Below are positions 39,449 through 47,546 of a stretch of DNA of 64,000 nt, in pieces. Positions within the stretch are counted from its first letter, which is position 1. Every line of letters begins with the position of its first letter. The position numbers and the translations under genes are program-made. The notes under the pieces were generated by a model. The model saw only the letters and a list, made by a program, of their open reading frames with translations. It made no database searches and had not been told where the DNA came from. Location: the NCBI GenBank assembly GCA_029561145.1, contig JAKQJM010000115.1:2162-66161 (forward strand). The letters run 5' to 3'. Source of the DNA: Pseudomonadota bacterium (GTDB lineage Bacteria; Pseudomonadota; Gammaproteobacteria; Xanthomonadales; Rhodanobacteraceae).

Positions 39449-40684
39449 ATGATGAATCAGAAAACCCTGGTACGGCTCGGTGCGGCGACCTTGATCGCGG
39501 TGGTCGCCGCGTTTGCTATCGACCGGTCGCGCCAGCCGGTCAGCGAGTTCAGCGGGCAAGCCGGGCGCCTTGCCGATGACCTGCAGTCACGCGTCAACGA
39601 CGTCAATCGCGTCGTGCTGAGCACCGCCAATGCGCAGACGACGGTCACTCTCGCGCGCAAGGATGGCGCCTGGAGCGTCCTCGAACGGGGCGGATATCCA
39701 GCTGACGTCGGCAAGCTGCGCGAGTATCTGCTCAAGCTAGCCGATGCGAACCTGATCGAGCAGAAGACCTCGAACAAGGATCGCTACGCCGATCTGGGCG
39801 TCACCGATATCAGCGACGCCACGGCCAAGGGCGTCGAAGTCAGGCTCGAAGGCCTGCCAGCGCCATTCGCCTTCATCGCTGGAGTCTTCAATGCGCAGGG
39901 CAGCGGCACCTACGTGCGGCGCAGCGACCAGGCGCAAAGCTGGCTGGCGAAGGGCAACCTGGTGCCGGACAAGACCGCCAGCGGCTGGTTGCGCAAGGAT
40001 CTCGCCGACATTCCTGGCGACCGCATCGAATCAGTGACGATCATGCACGCCGATGGCCAATCATTGAGCGTCAGCAGGAAGACCGCGGGCGACGCGCGCT
40101 ACGACGTCGCAGGCGTGCCCAAGGGGCGGGAGCTGAGTTCCGAGTTCGCGGCCAACGGCCTCGCTTCGGTACTCGCCGACCTGCGCATCGATGATGTGGC
40201 GCCGATGAGCGAAGTCGGCATGCCGGACGCGCGGACCAAGGCACGCTACCGCACCTTCGATGGCCTGGTCGTGGATGCCGGGGAATGGCAGGTCGGTGAC
40301 AAGCACTATGTCGCGTTCACGGCGTCACTGGATGCCGACACGGCAGACCGCCACATCGCGGCGGAGCAGGCCGCGGCCAGCGCCAAGGCGGCGGAAAAAG
40401 TCGCGGCAACCGCGTCCGCGAAGAAGGCTCCGGGCACGGAAGAGCCGGTCGAGGAACCTGCCGGGAAGCCTGCCGTCGCGACGGATCCGGCCAAGGATCG
40501 CGAACACAGGCTGCTTGCCCTGAACAGCGAGGTCGAGTCGCTCAATGCCGCCTTCAAGGGCTGGAGCTTCATCCTGCCTGCGCACAAGATCGGCAATATC
40601 GACAAGCGCATGGAGGATCTGCTCAAGCCACTTGAGGAGAAGGTTCCCGCGAAAACCGGGAAAGCCGGAACGCCGGGAAATTGA
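39449..40684 (+). CDS. DUF4340-domain membrane-anchored protein
   Basis: N-terminal TM, GYPADV..L, W.RKDL, fourth gene of a GldAFG-like operon. Confidence 0.8.
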   Translation: MMNQKTLVRLGAATLIAVVAAFAIDRSRQPVSEFSGQAGRLADDLQSRVNDVNRVVLSTANAQTTVTLARKDGAWSVLERGGYPADVGKLREYLLKLADANLIEQKTSNKDRYADLGVTDISDATAKGVEVRLEGLPAPFAFIAGVFNAQGSGTYVRRSDQAQSWLAKGNLVPDKTASGWLRKDLADIPGDRIESVTIMHADGQSLSVSRKTAGDARYDVAGVPKGRELSSEFAANGLASVLADLRIDDVAPMSEVGMPDARTKARYRTFDGLVVDAGEWQVGDKHYVAFTASLDADTADRHIAAEQAAASAKAAEKVAATASAKKAPGTEEPVEEPAGKPAVATDPAKDREHRLLALNSEVESLNAAFKGWSFILPAHKIGNIDKRMEDLLKPLEEKVPAKTGKAGTPGN

Positions 40685-41064
40685 ACGCCCTCGCGCGTCG
40701 CGCCGGGATGATGGGCGGTGTACTCGCCGCCCTTGGCGTGATTCTTGGAGCATTCGGCGCGCACGCGCTGCGTGGGCGCCTCGATGCCGGAATGCTGGCG
40801 ACCTGGCATAGCGCAGTCGACTATCAGTTCTGGCATGCCCTCGGGTTGCTTGCGCTGACCGCCGTTGCTGCGGAAGGTCGCGTCGCTGGCACCATCGCGC
40901 TCTGGTCGTTTGTCGTCGGGATCGTGATCTTCTGCGGCAGCCTCTACGCGATTGCACTGGGCGCTCCGCGCGGATTCGGCATGCTCACCCCGATCGGCGG
41001 CCTCGCATTCATCGCGGGGTGGATCGCGCTTGTTGATGCGTTTCGGCGCAGCGCCGGTCGATGA
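40681..41064 (+). CDS. DUF423 small membrane protein
   Basis: LGAFGAHAL, YQFWHALG, IFCGSLY, TPIGG..FIAGW. Confidence 0.92.
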   Translation: MNALARRAGMMGGVLAALGVILGAFGAHALRGRLDAGMLATWHSAVDYQFWHALGLLALTAVAAEGRVAGTIALWSFVVGIVIFCGSLYAIALGAPRGFGMLTPIGGLAFIAGWIALVDAFRRSAGR

Positions 41065-41336
41065 TGCGTTCGCATCCCCGCTGTCACGAGATGCGGCGAG
41101 TCCGGAAGCCGGTGAGTGCAATCCGCCTGGGGACGATGCCATCGCTGGCTGGATGTGGTGTTTTTTGTTTTCGTTTCCATTAAATGGCTTTTAATATTTG
41201 TCCGTGTCATTTGCCTGGGCAGCAGGTGCATGCATAATGGTCGGGCTCGCCCGGGCCAATGGCTTCCGTCAGCGAAGCTTCCGACCCGGTCGCAACGTTT
41301 TCGACCGGCCGCAGGCCAGTTACAGGGGAAGCAACC

Positions 41337-41693
41337 TTGAATGTCTTTGAGCGGTCCGTGAACGCCAGTCCGGACCGCTGCTTCTTCGCCATTGCATGCG
41401 CACGGTTCGCGATCGTGCTTGCGCTGGTCGGCAATCCCGTCAGTGCCGGCTTGCTGCCACTGCCAGACGACGCGCCATCGGGCAGCGGGAGTTTCGTGTT
41501 GACAGGCCACGTCATGGCCAATGGCGGCACTACGCGTGCGCGCAGTCCGTGCTTCGACCTCGCCGCGTCGATCGGACAGCCGGTCAGCGGGAGCACGCAA
41601 GGCGGAGCGTATTCGCTCTACGCCGGGTTCCTCGGTCCATCCAATCCCCACGATTCCATTTTTCGCAGCAGTTTCGAGGTGTGCCAGCCATGA
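41337..41693 (+). CDS. Small secreted protein with SIGQPxxG motif and C-terminal DxIFxxxFE motif
   Basis: Hydrophobic leader ending VSA; [24 protein letters not shown]; [13 protein letters not shown]; start uncertain (TTG 41337 or GTG 41358). Confidence 0.75.
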   Translation: MNVFERSVNASPDRCFFAIACARFAIVLALVGNPVSAGLLPLPDDAPSGSGSFVLTGHVMANGGTTRARSPCFDLAASIGQPVSGSTQGGAYSLYAGFLGPSNPHDSIFRSSFEVCQP

Positions 41694-43066
41694 GAACCTT
41701 TTTCTTCGCGATCCTGTTCTTCATGGGCGCCATCGGCGGAAGTGCGCATGCGCAGACTGCCCAATTGCCGGACTTCACCTATCAGGGCCATCTTCAACAG
41801 AATGGACAGCCGTCCACCGGATTGTTTGATCTGGGATTTTCGTTGTACGACTCGGCCACCGGTGGCCTGCAGGTCGGAACGACGATTCTCGAACCCCAGT
41901 TCCCGGTGAGCGACGGGCTGTTCACGGTCAGCTTGAGTTTTCCTGGCGCGTTCACCGGGCAACAACGCTGGCTGCAGGTCAGCGTGAATGGTCAGCCGCT
42001 CCTGCCACGCCAGGCCGTTTCAACGGCACCGGTGGCGCAGTTCGCGCTCGATGGCAACCCGGGTCCACCCGGTGCGACAGGCGCCACCGGCGCGCAGGGT
42101 CAGCAAGGCGTGCCGGGTGCCACCGGATCCGCCGGACCGCAGGGCGAACCAGGCCCGCAAGGGCCGCAGGGCGTTCAGGGCGCTCCCGGTTCCACCGGTG
42201 CGCAGGGTCCGGCCGGATTGGAGGGGCCACAAGGCGAGCAAGGTCCTGCAGGACCGCAAGGCGAAACGGGGCCGGCCGGAACATCGTTTGCCGATGCGCC
42301 CGTCGATGGAAAGACCTATGCCCGAAAGAACAATGCCTGGATCGAGATCGACCCGACGTCGGGATTGCCCACCGTGCAGGCGGCGATCCTTGCCGACAAT
42401 CCAACGCTGTATTACCCGCTCGATGAAGCGCCTGGCTCCACGTCGTTTGTCGATCTGGGCTCGGCTGGCATCAATGTTGCGCTGAGTGGCGATGCGATAA
42501 CGCTCAAGCCCGGCTGGAGCCGTCTGTATCCGACCAGCGACGCGACCTACCTGCGCACCAATGAAGGCAATGGCAAGGCGAAGGCGATGGGCAACCCGAC
42601 CGGTACGGCGACTCCGAGCGGCTCGTTGAGCGTCGAGGCGATCTACAGTCCGCAGACCTTCGGTTCGGGCTATCAGCCGATCCTCGAGATCGGCGATGAC
42701 GCGCCCGAACTGCCATTTCTCTCGTTCGGCGTGATCGGATTGCAGCCGCGCATCGTCGTGGGCAACGGTGAACGTGTCGACCTTCCTGGACTCAATGCCG
42801 GACAGGCCTATCACATTGCCGCCGTCCTCGATGCATCGGTCAACGAAGTCCGCATGTATGTCAACGGGCGATTGCTCCAGGTGCAGTCATTGTTCGGCTA
42901 CGCGGGAACACTGGTCGCACCGACCGTGCATGTTGCCTCGCGTGCGGGTGCGGATCGTCCGTTCGTCTATTCCACGCTCGGCCACGTCGCGTTCTATTAC
43001 GGACAGGCGCTCTCCGTTGCGCAGATTTCAGCACACGCCAAGGCGGCGGGTCTTTACGGCCATTGA
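41690..43066 (+). CDS. Secreted collagen-like fibre protein: FTYQG domain, (Gly-X-Y)26, foldon-like motif, LamG/ConA-like head
   Basis: Signal peptide ending SAHA; FTYQGHL...; uninterrupted collagen; [16 protein letters not shown]; [14 protein letters not shown]...YHIAAV...RMYVNG. Confidence 0.88.
   Translation: MRTFFFAILFFMGAIGGSAHAQTAQLPDFTYQGHLQQNGQPSTGLFDLGFSLYDSATGGLQVGTTILEPQFPVSDGLFTVSLSFPGAFTGQQRWLQVSVNGQPLLPRQAVSTAPVAQFALDGNPGPPGATGATGAQGQQGVPGATGSAGPQGEPGPQGPQGVQGAPGSTGAQGPAGLEGPQGEQGPAGPQGETGPAGTSFADAPVDGKTYARKNNAWIEIDPTSGLPTVQAAILADNPTLYYPLDEAPGSTSFVDLGSAGINVALSGDAITLKPGWSRLYPTSDATYLRTNEGNGKAKAMGNPTGTATPSGSLSVEAIYSPQTFGSGYQPILEIGDDAPELPFLSFGVIGLQPRIVVGNGERVDLPGLNAGQAYHIAAVLDASVNEVRMYVNGRLLQVQSLFGYAGTLVAPTVHVASRAGADRPFVYSTLGHVAFYYGQALSVAQISAHAKAAGLYGH
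42053..42286 (+). repeat. Collagen Gly-X-Y repeat, 26 uninterrupted triplets
   Basis: GNP GPP GAT ... GET GPA GTS counted from the translation. Confidence 0.95.
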
Positions 43067-43164
43067 GGCGTGCGAGGTTGGATGACAGCGGCGGAATCTC
43101 CTTTTCGCCCGGTCATTTCCTGGTTGTCGCAGAGCCGATTGCGGTCCTCCGCCACGCTCTTCCG

Positions 43165-43186
43165 CAACAGGCCGGATGGCCTGTTG
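43165..43186. terminator. Stem-loop downstream of the fibre gene
   Basis: CAACAGGCC-GGAT-GGCCTGTTG 9-bp perfect stem; no clear U tract. Confidence 0.4.
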
Positions 43187-43304
43187 ATGCCAGCCCGGGC
43201 CGGAGCCCAGGGCCTTTCTCTTTCCGATGCGGCGCACAACGGAATTTCGTGAACGCGAGCGCATAATTCGCCGAACAAGCGTTTGAACCAAACCGAATGA
43301 GGGG

Positions 43305-46190
43305 ATGGCGATGTCGCGTTCGAAGACGAGGAATGAGTGGTTCCGGAACAAGTTGCTGGTCGCTTGCACCGCGATGGCTTTCGCGCTCCCGGCAGCGGCG
43401 CAGTCGCTCAGCGCGCCGGGCATGAGCGCGCCGGGAAGGATCAGCTGGGATGCTGAGGGCATACCGACGATCGATGCCGCCAACGACAACGACGCGGCGT
43501 TCCTGCAGGGCTACGCCCATGCGAGGGATCGCTTTTTCCAGATGGACCTCACCCGACGCTCGGTCAGCGGTACGCTGGCCGAACTGGTCGGCGCGTCGCA
43601 GTTGTCGTCCGATGTCCAGGCGCGCAATCTCGGCCTTCGTCGCGGCGCCGTGAAGACCTGGGCGCAAATGTCGGACGACTCGCGCGGCTGGTTGCGTGCC
43701 TATGCCGATGGGGTCAACTTCTGGCTGTCGACGAACCCGCTGCCGCCCGAGTATGGCGCGTTGCTGCTGACCCATGCCGATCCGTGGACGCCTGTTGATT
43801 CGCTCTGTGTCGGCAAGGGTCTCGCATTCCAGCTTTCGTTTGACCTCGATATCGATCCGACGATCAATCTCGGTGCCTATCAGCAAGCCGGGCAGGCCGG
43901 CGGGTTCGATGGCAGCATCCTGTATTTCGGCGATACCCATCGCATCGCGCCCGCTGACGATCGGGTCACCGTCCCGGGATTCCAGCCTGGCGTTGCAAGC
44001 GCAACGGCGAGCGCTTCGCCGGCTCCCAAGCTCGAAACGCCCCACGATGCGCCCGCCGTGGGTTCGATCAGTGCCGAGACCATCGACATGGCGCGGGCTT
44101 TCCGCGAGCAGATCCAGGCATCGCCCCTGCTCGGGCGTGCGCTGGAGGGTCGGGATACGCCGATCGGCAGCAACGAATGGGTGATCGCGGGCAGCAAGAC
44201 TGCATCGGGTAAGCCGATCCTGTCGAACGATCCGCATCTCGGGCTCGATCTGCCATCGGTGTTCATGGAGCAGCACCTGCTCTCGCGTGACACACGCTAT
44301 CCGACATCGATGGACGTGACCGGCGTCACCGTGCCTGGCGCGCCCGGCGTGATCCAGGGCTGCAACCAACGCGTCTGCTGGGGCACGACGACGAATTCCC
44401 TCGACGTCACCGATGTGTTCCAGGAGTCGTTGCGCCTGAACAGCTATGGTTTGCCCTATGCGATCGTCCACGACGGGCAGGAGGAGACCCTGCAATGGGT
44501 GTTCCAGAACTACTACGTGAACCGCTTGAATGGCACGCCCGATACGGTCACGCGGGAAAACAGCATCGGCTACACCAACGGCGGCGTCAGCATCCTCGTG
44601 CCAAGGCGCAACTACGGTGCACTGGTCAGCATCACCGGCAGCAAGGGCCTGTCGATCGCCTACACCGGGTGGGGCGCGACCTTCGAGATCGAATCGTTCC
44701 GTCGCATCAATCGCGCTGGCAACATCGAGCAGTTCCGTGAGGCGCTCAGCTACTTCGATTTCGGCTCGCAGAACTTCGCCTATGCGGACATCGACGGCAA
44801 CATCGCCTATTTCACGAGCGCCGAGGCACCCGTGCGCACCGACCTGCAAACCATGAATGCCCCGGGCGGCGGCATTCCGCCGTTTGTCATCCGCGATGGA
44901 ACCGGAGCCCTCAAGCACGACTGGCTGCCCGTGCAGCATCCGCAGCCGAACCAGGCCACGCCGTTCGAGATCCTGCCTGCGGACGAAATGCCTTACCTGG
45001 TCAACCCGGCGAGCGGCTACTTCGCCAATGCCAACAACGATCCGATCGGATTCTCGCTCGACAACAATCCGCTCAATCAGTTGCGGCCGGGCGGCGGCCT
45101 CTACTACCTCGATGTCGGTGGTGCCTCGGCCTATCGCATGGGCCGCATCGATCGCGAGATCCAGCGCCTGCTCGCGGCCGGCGGCCACGTGACGACGGCA
45201 GACATGAAGAAGCTGCAATCCAACAACCAGTTGCTCGACGCAGAGCTTGTATTGCCGTACCTGATAACGGCATTCAAGGCCGGTGAAGAGCCTGGTGCGT
45301 GGTCGCAACTCGCCGCGCTGTCGGCCGAACCGCGCATTGCCGAGGCAATGAATCGACTCGAACAATGGGATTTCTCCACGCCGACCGGAATCCAGCAGGG
45401 TTACGACGCCGGGGACAATCCATCGGCGCTGCCTGCGCCCGCTGCGAGCGAGATCAACGCAAGCGTCGCGGCGACGATCTGGGCAGCCTGGCGCAGTGCC
45501 GCCATCCGCAACACGATCGACAAGACGCTGACCAGCGTCGGGCTCGGCAACTACAAGCCCGGCAGCCGTGATGCACAGGCTGGCTTCAAGTTCCTGCTCG
45601 ACAACTACGCGCAACTCGGTGGCAAGGGCGCATCGGGATTGACCTTCTTCGCGGCTGCCGGGGCGCCGAATGCGGCTGCGGCACGCGACTACGTCCTGCT
45701 CAAATCGCTCGGCGATGGCCTCGACATGCTGGCGAGTGATGGTTTCGCGGCGGCCTTTGCCGGTTCGACGAACCAGGCCGACTACCGGTGGGGTCGTTTG
45801 CATCGCATCGTCTTCGACCAGCCGCTCGGCGCGCCGTTCAGCATTCCGGGTCCGAACGGCTACGGATTCAGCGACCTCTCACCCGAACTCAAGGGACTCG
45901 CGCGCCCCGGCGGGTTCGAGTCGGTCGACGCGGCCAGCCACGACGCGCGCGGCAGCGGCGTCAACAGTTTCATGTTCGGCAGTGGCCCGGCGCGGCGCTT
46001 CGTCGGCGAGATGTTGCCGACCATCAGTGCTTCGGAAATCATTCCGGGCGGGCAAAGTGGTGTGCTTGGCAATCCGCTCTATGCAAGCCAGCTCGGTCGC
46101 TGGCTGACCAATCAGTATCATCCGCTCGCGATTCCCTCGTCGGCATCCCTCGCGCAGGGAGTCTCGGTGCTGAGCTTCGTGCCGCGCTGA
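43305..46190 (+). CDS. Penicillin/AHL acylase-family Ntn hydrolase (S45), secreted
   Basis: Signal peptide, GYAHARDRFFQMD, GSNEWVI (N-terminal nucleophile Ser), LSNDPHL, FANANND, PGGQSG. Confidence 0.93.
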   Translation: MAMSRSKTRNEWFRNKLLVACTAMAFALPAAAQSLSAPGMSAPGRISWDAEGIPTIDAANDNDAAFLQGYAHARDRFFQMDLTRRSVSGTLAELVGASQLSSDVQARNLGLRRGAVKTWAQMSDDSRGWLRAYADGVNFWLSTNPLPPEYGALLLTHADPWTPVDSLCVGKGLAFQLSFDLDIDPTINLGAYQQAGQAGGFDGSILYFGDTHRIAPADDRVTVPGFQPGVASATASASPAPKLETPHDAPAVGSISAETIDMARAFREQIQASPLLGRALEGRDTPIGSNEWVIAGSKTASGKPILSNDPHLGLDLPSVFMEQHLLSRDTRYPTSMDVTGVTVPGAPGVIQGCNQRVCWGTTTNSLDVTDVFQESLRLNSYGLPYAIVHDGQEETLQWVFQNYYVNRLNGTPDTVTRENSIGYTNGGVSILVPRRNYGALVSITGSKGLSIAYTGWGATFEIESFRRINRAGNIEQFREALSYFDFGSQNFAYADIDGNIAYFTSAEAPVRTDLQTMNAPGGGIPPFVIRDGTGALKHDWLPVQHPQPNQATPFEILPADEMPYLVNPASGYFANANNDPIGFSLDNNPLNQLRPGGGLYYLDVGGASAYRMGRIDREIQRLLAAGGHVTTADMKKLQSNNQLLDAELVLPYLITAFKAGEEPGAWSQLAALSAEPRIAEAMNRLEQWDFSTPTGIQQGYDAGDNPSALPAPAASEINASVAATIWAAWRSAAIRNTIDKTLTSVGLGNYKPGSRDAQAGFKFLLDNYAQLGGKGASGLTFFAAAGAPNAAAARDYVLLKSLGDGLDMLASDGFAAAFAGSTNQADYRWGRLHRIVFDQPLGAPFSIPGPNGYGFSDLSPELKGLARPGGFESVDAASHDARGSGVNSFMFGSGPARRFVGEMLPTISASEIIPGGQSGVLGNPLYASQLGRWLTNQYHPLAIPSSASLAQGVSVLSFVPR

Positions 46191-46211
46191 CCGAGGTACA
46201 TCCTGTGCACC

Positions 46212-46250
46212 AATGAAAAGCCCCCGCAGCGATGCGGGGGCTTCTTCATT
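46212..46250. terminator. Probable bidirectional terminator between convergent acylase and M35 genes
   Basis: AAGCCCCCGCA-GCGA-TGCGGGGGCTT with A-rich and T-rich flanks. Confidence 0.85.
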
Positions 46251-46276
46251 CCACGGCGGGATGAATCGACGTGCTT

Positions 46277-47350
46277 CTAGTTGCGCGCCGGCGTGTTTTC
46301 GGCGAAGTACTCGTGGCTGTCCGCGTTGGCCACCGCCTTGGCCGGATTGCTCACTGCGAGATTGTGCGCAGCGGTCTGGCCATAGGCGTTGTCCTTGGTC
46401 CCTGCGACGACGTTGAAGTGGCTGGTCTCGTGGACGAGGGTCCCTGCACGTGAATCGGTGCCGGTGTTCGGGGCCGACCAGAATGCGCCGCACAAATAGA
46501 CCTTGTAAGGCTGGGTCGGGTAGACATAGGCATAAGTGCCGCTGTCGGTGCACGAGCAATTGAACGTGAACGGCTGGGACGAAAGTGCGCTGTAGATATT
46601 GTTGAAGTGCGTACGCACGGTCGAATAGCGCGAGCTGTTGTAGGTGCCGAACCACCAGGTATAACGACTGCCCTGGGTGCCCGCGGCGAGATAACTCTTC
46701 GCATTGTTCGAGTAGGTCACCGAGGAGTTGCGTGCCGTGGCGAGCTGGGTCTGGCGTGTATTGCTGCAACTGACGAAGCTGTTCGTCGCGGCCAGCGGAA
46801 TGATCGGCGTGCGCAGTTGCTCGTCGCCCATGTTCAGCGCGTCGGGAGTCGAATCGGCATATACAGCCGTTGCTCCGCGGCTCATGTCGAACGCCCGCAA
46901 TGCGGAATCGACGCCACCCTTGTCGGCGGCCATGACTTCGCGCACGACTTCACGTGCTTCGCGCGCATAGCGGACCTCGAACTGGCCGCCGCCGCGCATG
47001 TCGTAGAGGGCGCTCAGCTCGACCTTGGCGTCGAGGCTTTCGCCCGGCCTGAGTTCGACGAAATCCTCGGCACGCGGTGCAACGCGCTTGTACATCGGAC
47101 CGACGTAGTCGACGGCCTTGCCGTTCTGGCTGACTTCGAACAGGTCGCTGGTGACGCCGTCGACTGGCGTCTGCCAGCGCAAGACGTGGATCGTCGATGA
47201 AGTCTGGTTGACCAGGCTGAAGTTGATCGTGGCGTTCGCGGCATCCTCGCCGGATGGCGACAGCGCGACCTCGAGACCGGCGGCCCAAACCGCCGATGAA
47301 CCCAACATTCCCACGGCAAACACGGCAAAACCCGCAAAGAGCTTGTGCAT
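46277..47350 (-). CDS. Secreted M35 (aspzincin) peptidyl-Lys metalloendopeptidase-like protease
   Basis: Signal plus prodomain; LVHETSHF and GTKDNAYG motifs; NADSHEYFAEN. Confidence 0.92.
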   Translation of the reverse strand: MHKLFAGFAVFAVGMLGSSAVWAAGLEVALSPSGEDAANATINFSLVNQTSSTIHVLRWQTPVDGVTSDLFEVSQNGKAVDYVGPMYKRVAPRAEDFVELRPGESLDAKVELSALYDMRGGGQFEVRYAREAREVVREVMAADKGGVDSALRAFDMSRGATAVYADSTPDALNMGDEQLRTPIIPLAATNSFVSCSNTRQTQLATARNSSVTYSNNAKSYLAAGTQGSRYTWWFGTYNSSRYSTVRTHFNNIYSALSSQPFTFNCSCTDSGTYAYVYPTQPYKVYLCGAFWSAPNTGTDSRAGTLVHETSHFNVVAGTKDNAYGQTAAHNLAVSNPAKAVANADSHEYFAENTPARN

Positions 47351-47498
47351 GTCAAACCTCGATGATGAGTAGTCGCTTCCTCCCCAGGAAACGAGCGCCA
47401 CGGACGTGACGCTGCGCGAGCGTAGGCGCGAAATTACCCTTGTGCAAGTATCGAAGCCGCATCTTGCGATTGTCGGTGCATCGCCGTCATATGCACTT

Positions 47499-47527
47499 GG
47501 GTCGCGCCATTCGACCTGGCGCGACCC
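47499..47527. terminator. Stem-loop downstream of the tricorn-like gene
   Basis: 11-bp perfect stem GGGTCGCGCCA/TGGCGCGACCC. Confidence 0.6.
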
Positions 47528-47546
47528 TGCGGATGCGGGCGACTGC

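Noticed and set aside
41079-41215. Pho-box-like heptamers CTGTCAC and GTGTCAT upstream of the fibre module
   Set aside because: Isolated half-sites without a partner at 11-bp spacing
41065-43300. Prophage remnant suggested by the collagen and foldon-like motif
   Set aside because: No integrase, structural, lysis or replication genes and no att-like repeats seen; the fibre has a Sec signal peptide
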